From assembly GCA_903824595.1 (NCBI GenBank), contig CAIJXH010000014.1, positions 12,005 to 76,004 on the forward strand: DNA of 64,000 nt. The letters run 5' to 3'. A model generated the notes under the pieces. That model saw only the letters and a list, made by a program, of their open reading frames with translations, ran no database searches and was not told where the DNA came from. The DNA is from an uncultured bacterium. GTDB taxonomy: Bacteria; Patescibacteriota; Minisyncoccia; Phycocordibacterales; UBA2100. Made by a program: the position numbers and the translations under genes. Within the stretch, counting starts at the first letter, position 1, and every line of letters starts with the position of its first letter. Below, in pieces: positions 31,057 to 40,225 of the stretch.

Positions 31057-32693
31057 TGCTTATGACTTTTTATGCATTCTCAGCGTTGGTAAATGCAGTA
31101 GCGAGCGGTTACATATCAATACTCACGTTCAGAAGTCGAAATTCAGATGCGCCGCGACTTCCTTTTATGTTTTTCGCGATATCAATTTTTTTATGGAGTT
31201 GTTTCTATTATCTCTGGCAAACAACTCACACGGAAATACTCGCGCTTCTTTGGATACAATTGTTTTCTGTTGCTGCCAATTTTATCGCATACACATATTT
31301 TCATTTCGCATGTGTGCTGAGCGATACCGAACCACAACATAGGCAGATCATCAGAGCAGGTTATGTGATTGCCATCATCTCATCCATTGCCGACTTTTCA
31401 CCACTTTCAATTCCCGGCGTTACCCAGAAATTGGTCTTCCAATTTTGGCCAAACGCCGGCATATTGTACTCATCATTTTTGCTGATGTGGATTTCGTATT
31501 TTATCTATGGATTTATTTTACTCAAACGAAAATATAAAATATCATCTGGCGCAATACGTAAACAGGTTATCTTCGTTCTTTTAGGTACACTTTTAGGATT
31601 CCTAGGGGGCATCACTAACTATTTTCTTTGGTTTGATATTTTTATTCCTCCATACGGCAACATACTTGTTTCTCTCTACGTCATATTCACCGGCTACGCG
31701 ATTCTCAAACACAATCTTTTCAACACAAAAGTAGTCGCGATTGAGATGCTGGTGTATGTGTTGTGGGCGGTGGAGTTTTTCAGAATAAGTCTTGCGGGCG
31801 ATTCTTTCACGAGAGGGTGGAACGTGGGATTTTTCTTATTCTCTATCAGCATAGGATTACTTCTCATACGAAGCGTGAATAACGAGGTCGCGACAGAGCT
31901 GAAGCTCGAGCAATCAGCAGAAGAGTTACGCATCGCCAACAAACACCTCGAGGAAATGGCGGCAATGAAAACACAGCTATTGGCACTCGCCACACACCGA
32001 TTACGCGGTTCGCTCGCAGAAATACGTGGGTATGCAGCAATACTGCTTGATGGCACTTATGGAGAATTGTCGGAAAAGCTCACACACGTCATCACCAACA
32101 TATCACAAGCAGGATATGACATGGAGCACATGATTTCTAACTTCCTCGACGCATCTCATTTAGCAGGTGGTTCAAAACCCGTCATATCGCTCATACAATT
32201 CGACTTGATTGCGCTCGCGAGAGAGTCGATTGGAACCGTGTGTGTCCCGATCAAGGAAAAAGGACTGCTATTGAAACACACACTTTCTGAACCAGTCTCT
32301 TATCTCGTGCACGCTGACATAGAATCGATCCGTCGCATCATCGGCATCTTCGCCGATAATGCCGTTCGCTTCACCAAACACGGCACTGTTTCTATTGCGG
32401 TCACACCAGAACAGCGAGAAAACAAGGATGGGGTCGTCCAACAGTACGCACGCTACTCAATTACCGACACGGGCATTGGCGTCCCACTTGAAGATCAGAG
32501 TCTTTTGTTCGACACGTTTTCGAGAGCATCCAACGCAAACGATACCTACGTACTCGGCAACGGAGTAAATCTTTTCATCGCCAAACGCCTTATAGAGGAA
32601 CAAGGCGGATATATCGGCGTTGTATCAGAGGGGCGCGAAAAAGGTGCAACCTTTTGGTTTATGTTACCATGCATCGATGGTGCAGCGGATTAG
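31056..32693 (+). CDS. Orphan sensor histidine kinase with a multi-TM N-terminal domain of about 8 helices
   Basis: A divergent H-box ALATHRLRGSL and the HATPase_c motifs (the N-box region, DTGIGVP, GNGVNLFIAKRLIEEQGG). No response regulator gene is adjacent. Confidence 0.75.
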   Translation: MLMTFYAFSALVNAVASGYISILTFRSRNSDAPRLPFMFFAISIFLWSCFYYLWQTTHTEILALLWIQLFSVAANFIAYTYFHFACVLSDTEPQHRQIIRAGYVIAIISSIADFSPLSIPGVTQKLVFQFWPNAGILYSSFLLMWISYFIYGFILLKRKYKISSGAIRKQVIFVLLGTLLGFLGGITNYFLWFDIFIPPYGNILVSLYVIFTGYAILKHNLFNTKVVAIEMLVYVLWAVEFFRISLAGDSFTRGWNVGFFLFSISIGLLLIRSVNNEVATELKLEQSAEELRIANKHLEEMAAMKTQLLALATHRLRGSLAEIRGYAAILLDGTYGELSEKLTHVITNISQAGYDMEHMISNFLDASHLAGGSKPVISLIQFDLIALARESIGTVCVPIKEKGLLLKHTLSEPVSYLVHADIESIRRIIGIFADNAVRFTKHGTVSIAVTPEQRENKDGVVQQYARYSITDTGIGVPLEDQSLLFDTFSRASNANDTYVLGNGVNLFIAKRLIEEQGGYIGVVSEGREKGATFWFMLPCIDGAAD

Positions 32694-33549
32694 AAAAGCA
32701 GTGATCCCTGCAGCGGGATACGGGACGCGCTTTCTTCCCGCGACCAAAGCAATGCCGAAAGAGATGCTACCCATTATAGACAAACCCATCATTCAATACG
32801 TTGTGGAAGAAGCAGTTGCTTCGGGCATCACCGACATCATCATCGTCACAGGCTGGAACAAACGTTCTATCGAGGATCATTTTGACTTTCCCTACGCCCT
32901 TTCACGCTACTTGCGCGAATCAGGCAAAGAGAAACAGGCCGAGGAAATCATGAGTATTTCCAAGCTCGCCAATTTCATCTACGTGCGCCAAAAAGGTCCC
33001 TACGGCAACGGCACCCCAATACTCAACGCGCGAAGTGCGATAGGCGACGAACCGTTCGCCATTCTCTGGGGCGATGAACTTATTCACTCTCATCCGCCAC
33101 GATTGAAACAAATGATCGATGCATGGGACGCTACAGGAATACCAAACATATCTGCGGTACGTGTCCCAAGAGAATCGGTACGCACGTATGGCATAGCCGA
33201 CATCACGCCCGTGAGTACACACGTCTTCAAAATAAATCGCCTCATCGAGAAGCCAACGCCAGATGAAGCTCCGTCTGACCTCGCCGCGCACGGCGCCTAC
33301 ATCATGCCTCCGCGCATCTTCGACATCCTCGCCGAGACATCGCTCGGCAAAGGCGGCGAACTTTGGCTCTCTGATGCTATTTCCACGCTTGCCAAAGAAC
33401 AGGACGTGCACGCCATCGAGATACAGGATGGTACGTATTACGACACAGGCAACAAACTCGGTTATATGAAAGCTGTCGTGGAATTCGGACTCAAACACCC
33501 GGAACTACATGGGGATTTTAGAACATTCCTCAAACAGCTCGACCTATAG
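32677..33549 (+). CDS. galU: UTP-glucose-1-phosphate uridylyltransferase
   Basis: KAVIPAAGYGTRFLPATKAMPKEMLPIIDKPIIQYVVEEA is the canonical GalU N-terminus. Confidence 0.85.
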   Translation: MVQRIRKAVIPAAGYGTRFLPATKAMPKEMLPIIDKPIIQYVVEEAVASGITDIIIVTGWNKRSIEDHFDFPYALSRYLRESGKEKQAEEIMSISKLANFIYVRQKGPYGNGTPILNARSAIGDEPFAILWGDELIHSHPPRLKQMIDAWDATGIPNISAVRVPRESVRTYGIADITPVSTHVFKINRLIEKPTPDEAPSDLAAHGAYIMPPRIFDILAETSLGKGGELWLSDAISTLAKEQDVHAIEIQDGTYYDTGNKLGYMKAVVEFGLKHPELHGDFRTFLKQLDL

Positions 33550-33564
33550 AATCGGTGGTATACT

Positions 33565-34329
33565 GTGGACATGATATTCACCATCGCACTCATTATCATC
33601 GTCTATCTCCTCTCCTCAATGCGCGTCGTGCAGCAGTACGAGCGCGGAGTGGTCTTCTTTCTCGGTAAGTTTGAAGGCGTGCGCGAAGCGGGATTCACTC
33701 TCATCTTCTTCCCCTTCCAGCAGATGACGCGCGTATCTTTACGCACGGTCACCATGCAGATCCCGTCGCAAAAAATCATCACCAAAGACAATGTGTCGAT
33801 CGACATCGCGGCGGTTGCTTACTACAAGATTGTCGACCCTGAGAAAGCCGTCGTCGCGATCGAAGATGTGTACAACGCCGTCAACCAAATCAGCCAGACC
33901 ACCGTGCGCAACGTCGTCGGCCGCTTCCAGCTCGACGAACTCCTCGCAGAGACCGCAAAGATCAACGAACAAATCAAAGACGTGATCGACGCCCACACCG
34001 AGCCGTGGGGAGCATCAGTCACCGCCGTGGAAATCAAAGACATCACCCTTCCCGACAACATGCAGCGCGCCATGGCAAAGGAAGCCGAAGCAGAACGCGA
34101 GCGCCGCGCCAAGATCGTCGCCGCTGAAGGCGAGTACCAAGCTGCCACCAAGCTCGGCGAAGCAGCCGATGTCATCACCAAGCACCCCGTCGCCCTCCAG
34201 CTGCGCACGCTCCAGACCATGGCGGAAATCTCCGTCGAGAAAAACTCCACCATCATCTTCCCCGCGCAATTCATGACCACCGTGCAGGAGGCAATCTCGC
34301 TGCTCAAGCAAGACACGAGGGCGAAATAA
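33565..34329 (+). CDS. SPFH / band-7 (stomatin-like) membrane protein
   Basis: An N-terminal TM helix, then [17 protein letters not shown] and the SPFH core, and a C-terminal [10 protein letters not shown] coiled coil. Confidence 0.85.
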   Translation: MDMIFTIALIIIVYLLSSMRVVQQYERGVVFFLGKFEGVREAGFTLIFFPFQQMTRVSLRTVTMQIPSQKIITKDNVSIDIAAVAYYKIVDPEKAVVAIEDVYNAVNQISQTTVRNVVGRFQLDELLAETAKINEQIKDVIDAHTEPWGASVTAVEIKDITLPDNMQRAMAKEAEAERERRAKIVAAEGEYQAATKLGEAADVITKHPVALQLRTLQTMAEISVEKNSTIIFPAQFMTTVQEAISLLKQDTRAK

Positions 34330-34345
34330 GCTTTTACCACAGCCC

Positions 34346-34374
34346 TTGACAGATAACTAGGTAGGTGCTATGAT
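34346..34374 (+). promoter_or_regulatory. Near-consensus sigma70 promoter (TTGACA-17 bp-TATGAT)
   Basis: TTGACA at 34346-34351, an exact 17-bp spacer, and TATGAT at 34369-34374. It lies directly downstream of the SPFH stop. Confidence 0.6.
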
Positions 34375-34909
34375 ATCGACACCTGAACCTTGACAAACGT
34401 CGGCGGAATTATCTGCGTGGCCGACCATGACACCCTCTGCAATCCCCTTTTGGGAGCGCGGTGCCGGTTGAATCGGGCTTGCTGCGGGACATGCACTCCC
34501 GCGGTCTGATCGGGGATTGGGATGGTCCCTATCCCTTGATCGACCTCGCCGGCTGCCTCGCGCAGGCCGATGAGGACCCGACTTCCTGTGACGGCTACGC
34601 CACCAAATACGGCGTCGCCGTGGACGCGGCAGATTTCAATGGGGGGACTCACAATCCCCTCTATGACTCCGCTCAGGCGGCGGCGGTCTACCGGCATCTG
34701 GTTGCGCGGTCGATAACGAATAACGGCTTGGGACGCCGTAGGTAAATATCCTGAGGTTTGGTGGACACCTCTTCATAAGTCCACCTCTGTTTCCGGCAGA
34801 GCCGGACTGATGATTCTTCCCCGCCCATGAGACGGGGCAAGATGAAACAGAGATTCAATCTCGCCCAACGGACGAGCCGCAGCCGACGGAATTCGGTAAG
34901 GAGAGTCAC
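34375..34909 (+). other. GC-rich transcribed leader of about 535 nt with no convincing long ORF. It is a candidate structured ncRNA or long 5'UTR, and possibly holds a small protein of 84-94 aa.
   Basis: It lies between the consensus promoter and the first ORF of at least 200 aa. There are multiple 7-bp hairpins (e.g. GGTGGAC...GTCCACC). The only ORFs are 94 aa (GTG start, same strand, frame-0) and an 81-aa ORF in the same frame after a TAA. Confidence 0.3.
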
Positions 34910-35626
34910 ATGTCGACCATCGGTTTCGTCTCCTCTTTTCTGCAGATTTTTTTCAAACACACTTTCCGCGCAACGGCGCGGACTGGAAAAAAATCAGCAA
35001 ATTGGTTTGAGGAGTTCCGGATCGAAGATCCGGAACTCAGAAAGGAGGTGGAGGAGTTGTGGGGATTTATGACCCACGACTGGCGTACCGGGAGGAGAAT
35101 TGAATTTCTTCTTTCGGAAACCCTGGACGAGTATCGTCGCGCCGTAATATCGCTCCATCTGGAGCGCAAGGCGCACGAGCGATCCCCCCTCGACCCCACC
35201 TGGACAAAAAGGGGGTGGGAGATCGACAACCGGAGGTCAAACATCCTGCGGGATACACGAGCCGCCGAGGCGGCGAAGATCTTGGAGGGGGGAGTGTGCA
35301 TACACTCCTCAGAACCCAATAACACAAAGGAGCGGGAATGGCTTATGGGCGCAGAGCGCCCCAAAAATTGGGACAAAACATATCGGAAAGTCGTTTTGTT
35401 CCGAGAGCGGGTGTTTCTCGTATGTCTCCGTGCGGAAGCACGGGTGGTTGTTTCCAACCCCCACAAAGAGGGATGCGGCCAGTACGGAGGGCCGATTGAA
35501 ATTTCCACGTATACGCCTACGGGCGAATACGCGGAAACAAAGCCCGAATGGGCGACCGAGTCGGTCGCCCAGATGAACAAAGAGGAGCTAACGGCGCTTG
35601 CCGCCGCACAAGCAGCGGCAGCCTAG
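34910..35626 (+). CDS. Hypothetical protein of 238 aa, orphan, inside the GC-rich islet
   Basis: The reading frame is clean and ends in a low-complexity Ala/Gln tail. No recognisable motif. Confidence 0.5.
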   Translation: MSTIGFVSSFLQIFFKHTFRATARTGKKSANWFEEFRIEDPELRKEVEELWGFMTHDWRTGRRIEFLLSETLDEYRRAVISLHLERKAHERSPLDPTWTKRGWEIDNRRSNILRDTRAAEAAKILEGGVCIHSSEPNNTKEREWLMGAERPKNWDKTYRKVVLFRERVFLVCLRAEARVVVSNPHKEGCGQYGGPIEISTYTPTGEYAETKPEWATESVAQMNKEELTALAAAQAAAA

Positions 35627-35692
35627 CTCCTTACTCGCCCCGTGCGGCGAGATTGTTCTTTCAGCCAACGCGGCACGGCGCGTGGCACTCAA

Positions 35693-35733
35693 AGCACCCA
35701 GACGCTTCGGCGATCAGGGTGCTTTTTCTTTTT
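35693..35733 (+). terminator. Rho-independent terminator closing the islet
   Basis: GCACCC-N17-GGGTGC followed by TTTTTCTTTTTT. Confidence 0.65.
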
Positions 35734-35793
35734 TCCACCCTCTCCTGTGTTACAATTCAATCCATTAGACTATTCACATAACGCACACATCCT

Positions 35794-36333
35794 ATGCAAG
35801 AAACAAATCTCTACACCATCACCGTACCGCCGATGATGCGCACGCTCGGTGGTCTCTCTATTATTCTCGATAAGATGGCGGCGGCTGCCGAGGCAAAAAA
35901 GCTCGAGTGGATGCCGGCGGCGCACGAGGCAGCCCTCATCAACGACCGCCTCGTGTTCGACCAGTTCCCCTTCGTCCGCCAGGTGCAGATCGCATGCGAC
36001 AATGCAAAAAATGGCAGTGCTCGCATCGCCGGCATCGAAGCCCCAAAGATGGAAGACAACGAAAAGACCGTCGCAGAATTGAAAGCGCGCATCGAAAAGA
36101 CACTCGCCTTCTTGCAAACGATCACGCCCGAACAAATGATCGGCAAAGAAGCGGCAAAAATCACGCTTCCCTACTGGCCCGACAAATACTTCACCAGCTT
36201 CGACTACGCCACCCTGTATCTCATGCCGAATTTCTACTTCCACGTCGTCACTGCCTACTCGATCGTCCGCAAAAACGGCGTCGACATCGGCAAAAATGAT
36301 TTCCTCAACGGCCTACCGACGAAGGATCTTTAG
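35794..36333 (+). CDS. DUF1993-family protein
   Basis: LYTITVPPMMRTLGGLSIILDK...FPFVRQVQIACDNAKNGSARIAGIE...YLMPNFYFHVVTAYSIVRKNGVDIGKNDFLNGL. This matches the conserved DUF1993 sequence pattern as I recall it. Confidence 0.65.
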   Translation: MQETNLYTITVPPMMRTLGGLSIILDKMAAAAEAKKLEWMPAAHEAALINDRLVFDQFPFVRQVQIACDNAKNGSARIAGIEAPKMEDNEKTVAELKARIEKTLAFLQTITPEQMIGKEAAKITLPYWPDKYFTSFDYATLYLMPNFYFHVVTAYSIVRKNGVDIGKNDFLNGLPTKDL

Positions 36334-36335
36334 TC

Positions 36336-37058
36336 ATGCCGACACACATATTCTTCGATCTGGATAATACACTCACGCCAAGTCGCTCTGTGATGTTATC
36401 CGAACATCAAACACTTTTTGCGCGACTGTGTGCTGTATGCGATGTAATCGTTGTGTCAGGTTCATCAGAATCAGTCATCCGCAAAGACATACCTACGCCG
36501 CAGAAAGGATTTTTTATTCTTGCACAAAGTGGCAATCATGCAGAAGACAAGTCTGGCGTCGTCCTTTGGCAGGAGACATTTACTCCCGAACAAAAAAACC
36601 TTATCCTCACATTCATCAAGGATATTCATGATGCGGCAAAACTAACCGTATCACATGAGGATGATCTCGTGGAAGACCGTGGCTCGCAAATATCCTATAG
36701 CATGATCGGACACAACGAAGATCGTGCCAAGAAAAAGGCGTTTGATCCCAACGCGGCGAAACGACTCTCTTTTCTCGCAGAACGAACAACGCAACGAGAT
36801 ACGCTCCGAGCAGCGGGAGTAGAGGTCATGGTTGGCGGTACGACCTGTTTTGATTTCTACGTTGCTGGCAAGCACAAAGGTTTCAATATCACTCGACTCA
36901 TTGAGCGCGAAAAATGGAACAAAGACGACTGCATGTATGTTGGAGACGCCCTCTTTTCGGGAGGCAACGATGAGGCGGTCATCGGCGTGATTGCAACGCG
37001 TGCAGTATCCAATCCGCACGAGACCTTCGAGTATATTCAGACACTTCTCACGCCATAA
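36336..37058 (+). CDS. HAD-superfamily hydrolase/phosphatase
   Basis: Motif I FFDLDNTLT, motif II S/T, and the C-terminal motif III/IV (YVGDALFSGGNDEAV). Paralogous to the C-terminal domain of the 43901 gene. Confidence 0.75.
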   Translation: MPTHIFFDLDNTLTPSRSVMLSEHQTLFARLCAVCDVIVVSGSSESVIRKDIPTPQKGFFILAQSGNHAEDKSGVVLWQETFTPEQKNLILTFIKDIHDAAKLTVSHEDDLVEDRGSQISYSMIGHNEDRAKKKAFDPNAAKRLSFLAERTTQRDTLRAAGVEVMVGGTTCFDFYVAGKHKGFNITRLIEREKWNKDDCMYVGDALFSGGNDEAVIGVIATRAVSNPHETFEYIQTLLTP

Positions 37059-37059
37059 C

Positions 37060-37824
37060 ATGGAAACCGCCCTCTCCATCCACGATCTCAAGAAAACCTA
37101 CGGCAACGGCGTCGTCGCCCTCAAGGGCGTGTCGCTCGAAGTGCCTGCCGGGGATTTCTTCGCACTGCTTGGTCCCAACGGCGCCGGCAAAACGACCATC
37201 ATCGGCATCTCCACAGGACTCGTGAACAAAACATCGGGTATCGTGTCCGTCTTTGGACACAACATCGACGAAGATCCTGAAATCGCCAAAGCGCAGATTG
37301 GCTTGGTGGGGCAAGAAATAAATTTCAATCCGTTTGAAAAGCCGCTCGACATTGTCGTCAACCAGGGCGGCTACTACGGCATTCCTCGCAAAGAAGCTGC
37401 ACCGCGCGCAGAGAAATTGCTGGAAGAACTTGGGTTAGGCGCAAAAATGAACGACCGCGCCATGGCGCTCTCGGGCGGGATGAAACGCCGCCTCATGATC
37501 GCGCGCGCACTCATTCATCGCCCGCGATTCCTTGTCTTAGACGAGCCGACGGCGGGCGTCGATGTGGAGCTGCGTCGCGGCATGTGGGATTATTTACGCA
37601 CACTCACCACCAGCGGTGTTACCATCCTCCTCACCACCCACTACCTCGAAGAAGCCGAGCAGCTCTGCAAGCACGTCGCCATCATAAACAAGGGAGAAAT
37701 AGTTGCCAAGGGAACTATGGAGGCTATTCTTTCTGCACACGGCGACGGAAGCAACAAGGAAGCGGGGTACAAAGGCGGCTTGCTCGAGGAAGTATTCTTA
37801 AAACTCACCTCCAATTCAGTATGA
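37060..37824 (+). CDS. ABC transporter ATP-binding protein (ABC-2 type)
   Basis: Walker A GPNGAGKTT, the signature LSGGMKRRL, and Walker B LVLDEPTAGVD. Confidence 0.9.
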   Translation: METALSIHDLKKTYGNGVVALKGVSLEVPAGDFFALLGPNGAGKTTIIGISTGLVNKTSGIVSVFGHNIDEDPEIAKAQIGLVGQEINFNPFEKPLDIVVNQGGYYGIPRKEAAPRAEKLLEELGLGAKMNDRAMALSGGMKRRLMIARALIHRPRFLVLDEPTAGVDVELRRGMWDYLRTLTTSGVTILLTTHYLEEAEQLCKHVAIINKGEIVAKGTMEAILSAHGDGSNKEAGYKGGLLEEVFLKLTSNSV

Positions 37825-38603
37825 CCGGATTACAAATGTGGATTTCGTTTTATACCATGCTGCGCAAAGACGTGGTGCGTATGTTTCGTATTTGGGTGCA
37901 AACATTTCTCCCGAGCGTCATGACTTCCATGCTCTACTTTCTCGTCTTCGGCACCGTGCTCGGCTCGCGCATCGGCAGCATGCAGGGGGTCAACTACATG
38001 ACGTTTGTCGTGCCCGGTTTGGTGATGCTCGCCATCGTCATGAACGCGTACTCGAACACGTCGTTCACATTTTTTCAATCCAAATTCTTCGCCCGTTCGA
38101 TCGAAGAAATCCTCGTCTCGCCCACGCCGCCGTGGGTTATGATCGCAGGATTTATCGCGGGCGGCGTCGTGCGTGGCATGATCGTCGGCACGCTCGTGAT
38201 GTGTATTGCTCTCTTTTTCACGCATATTCCGCTCACGCTCGGCGGCGTCACGATCATCTTTTCGTTTGCACTACTCTCGGCGCTTGTCTTTGCTCTCGCA
38301 GGATTGGTCAACGGCATCTACGCCAAATCGATCGATGGCATCAACATCGTTCCCACGTTCGTCCTCACGCCGCTCGTCTACCTCGGCGGCGTTTTCTATT
38401 CCGTACATTCGCTTCCCACGTGGTGGCAAACCATCACCTACATGAACCCTCTTTTCTACCTCATCAACGGCTTCCGTTGGGGCTTCCTCGGCACATCCGA
38501 CATCTCCCCGCTTCTTTCTGCCAGTGTCCTTGCTACGCTCATCGCCACACTCGTCGGGATCAATTGGTATTTCATACGGACGGGACTGGGATTGAAGCAG
38601 TAG
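37821..38603 (+). CDS. ABC-2 family transporter permease
   Basis: Six TM helices. The start overlaps the ATPase stop (ATGA). The longer 37584 ORF is a frame artefact. Confidence 0.8.
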   Translation: MTGLQMWISFYTMLRKDVVRMFRIWVQTFLPSVMTSMLYFLVFGTVLGSRIGSMQGVNYMTFVVPGLVMLAIVMNAYSNTSFTFFQSKFFARSIEEILVSPTPPWVMIAGFIAGGVVRGMIVGTLVMCIALFFTHIPLTLGGVTIIFSFALLSALVFALAGLVNGIYAKSIDGINIVPTFVLTPLVYLGGVFYSVHSLPTWWQTITYMNPLFYLINGFRWGFLGTSDISPLLSASVLATLIATLVGINWYFIRTGLGLKQ

Positions 38604-38645
38604 CGTCCAATTGCATTCGCTCCCATCTCGTGCAAGGATGCCGCG

Positions 38646-39659
38646 ATGCCGAAGAAAACACCGAGAGCCGAGCGATTCGGACTTGCCAACATTCTTGAAC
38701 GTATTGCGCCAAAAATCGGTGCGAAGATTGTGTTGGAGCCCGAGTGGAGAATCGCCGGACAGATCACCTTCAGAAGCGGCAAGCGATGCTATTTCCGCTA
38801 CAACACCCTCGACCTCAATCCCGTCGGTGCGAGCGACATCGCGAAAGACAAAGACTACGCCGCCTATTTCATGCGCCGCATGGGATACCCCGCGATTCCC
38901 GGCACCACCTTTTTCTCCGACCGCTGGTGCAGTGCGATCGGCTCAAAGAAAGACACCGGCGCCGCCCTCCGCCACGCGAAGAAAACCGGATTCCCTCTCA
39001 TCGCCAAACCAAACGCAAATTCGCACGGACACAACGTCTTCCTCGTGCACAACCAGCGCGAAATGAAACGGGCACTCGCGCACATATTCCACGAAGACAA
39101 AATCGCCCTGATCCAAAGACCTGTCACCGGCCGTGACTACCGCGTCGTCGTTTTGGACAATGAGATTATTTCCGCGTACGAGCGCATCCCGCTCAACGTC
39201 GTCGGCGATGGTCGCTCGACCATTGCGCAACTGCTCGCGCGCAAGCAAAAAATGTTTGACAAATCGGGTCGCGACACGCGCATCCGCCCCGATGATCCGC
39301 GCATTCTCCACAAACTCGCCCGCCTCAAGCTCACTCTGCGCTCCATCATTCCGCGCGGCGAGCGCGTCTTCCTGCTCGATAATTCCAATCTTTCCTCCGG
39401 CGGCGATGCAGTGGATGTGACGAGTGAGATTCATCCTGCGTTCAAAAAAATAGCGATCGACCTCACGCGCGACATGGGGCTGCGCCTGTGCGGTGTCGAT
39501 CTCATGGTCGAAGGCGACATCCGCGAGAAGCCTGCAACCTACCACATCATCGAAATCAACGCCGCCCCCGGACTCGACCACTACGTCACCACCGGACTAG
39601 CCCAACAAAAAATCGTCGAGGATTTGTATGTGAAGGTACTCAAAAGCCTATCGCACTGA
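38646..39659 (+). CDS. ATP-grasp family ligase (RimK / cyanophycin-synthetase-like)
   Basis: GFPLIAKPNANSHGHNVFLV is the ATP-grasp B-loop region, and IIEINAAPGLD is the C-terminal Mg/ATP-binding motif. Confidence 0.65.
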   Translation: MPKKTPRAERFGLANILERIAPKIGAKIVLEPEWRIAGQITFRSGKRCYFRYNTLDLNPVGASDIAKDKDYAAYFMRRMGYPAIPGTTFFSDRWCSAIGSKKDTGAALRHAKKTGFPLIAKPNANSHGHNVFLVHNQREMKRALAHIFHEDKIALIQRPVTGRDYRVVVLDNEIISAYERIPLNVVGDGRSTIAQLLARKQKMFDKSGRDTRIRPDDPRILHKLARLKLTLRSIIPRGERVFLLDNSNLSSGGDAVDVTSEIHPAFKKIAIDLTRDMGLRLCGVDLMVEGDIREKPATYHIIEINAAPGLDHYVTTGLAQQKIVEDLYVKVLKSLSH

Positions 39660-39674
39660 TAGCCCAGGATGGTT

Positions 39675-39708
39675 TTCCTTATTTCCTACGGCCGTGGGAA
39701 ATAAGGAA
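39675..39708. repeat. Copy D of the 34-bp palindromic repeat, placed between the convergent 3' ends of the ATP-grasp gene and folA
   Basis: TTCCTTATTTCC-TACGGCCGTG-GGAAATAAGGAA, with perfect 12-bp arms and a palindromic ACGGCCGT core. Confidence 0.75.
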
Positions 39709-39715
39709 TGCGGGT

Positions 39716-40225
39716 TTAGGGTTGGCGTTCCAGATCGATCCATTGATAACGCAAACCATTCCACTCACGCGATTCCTCGGATGTTGTTTTTGTAAACTCA
39801 TCTTCGTACGCTGGAAAAAACGAGTCAGCATCTTTTGCGTCGTCGATAATAGTGAGACACAGCTTGTCGGTATACGGAAGCGCTTGCCGATATATCTCCG
39901 CACCACCCCCAATGAAAACCATTTCCTGATCCAATTCCCTCCCTTTCGCAATCGCCTCTTCAACTGAATGCGCCACCACCACTTCACCTACCAAGGACGG
40001 TCCTTGGTCGGTACGGGTGACAACAATGGTGGTACGCCCGGGAAGTGGTTTGCCGAGGTAGCCGACTATGGAATCAAACGTCTTCCTTCCGAGAATAATC
40101 GGATGTCCGACAGTGAGCTGTTTGAAGCGTTTCAAATCATCGGGAATCTGCCACAAAAGCTTCCCCTCTTTTCCCAGCTCGCGATTCTTGCCGATAGCCG
40201 CGATGGCGATGATACATGCACTCAT
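39716..40225 (-). CDS. folA: Dihydrofolate reductase
   Basis: IIAIAAIGKNRELGKEGKLLWQIPDDLKRFKQLTVGHPIILGRKTFDSI. Confidence 0.85.
   Translation of the reverse strand: MSACIIAIAAIGKNRELGKEGKLLWQIPDDLKRFKQLTVGHPIILGRKTFDSIVGYLGKPLPGRTTIVVTRTDQGPSLVGEVVVAHSVEEAIAKGRELDQEMVFIGGGAEIYRQALPYTDKLCLTIIDDAKDADSFFPAYEDEFTKTTSEESREWNGLRYQWIDLERQP

Noticed and set aside
34375-34909. The islet leader as tmRNA, RNase P RNA or SRP RNA
   Set aside because: No tRNA-like 3' end (GGTTCGAATCC...CCA) and no tag-peptide ORF. The RNase P conserved blocks (GGAAAGUCCGG, ACAGAACCCGGCUUA) are absent. It is too long and lacks the SRP domain IV motif. The identity remains open.
34375-35626. Alternative genetic code (UGA recoding) to explain the lack of a long ORF in the leader
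   Set aside because: All other genes in the window read cleanly with the standard code and use TGA as stop. The frame breaks in the leader include TAA and TAG, not only TGA.
37584-38698. Long ORFs 37584-38603 (339 aa) and 37838-38698 (286 aa) around the ABC permease
   Set aside because: The first is the permease extended upstream in-frame through the end of the ATPase gene. The real start is the ATG at 37821, which overlaps the ATPase stop. The second is an out-of-frame Arg/His-rich artefact.
39488-39967. 159-aa plus-strand ORF starting near the ATG of palindrome D
   Set aside because: The palindrome ATG itself is followed by a stop after 3 codons. The 159-aa ORF lies antisense to folA and is Arg/Pro-rich. 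It is judged spurious.
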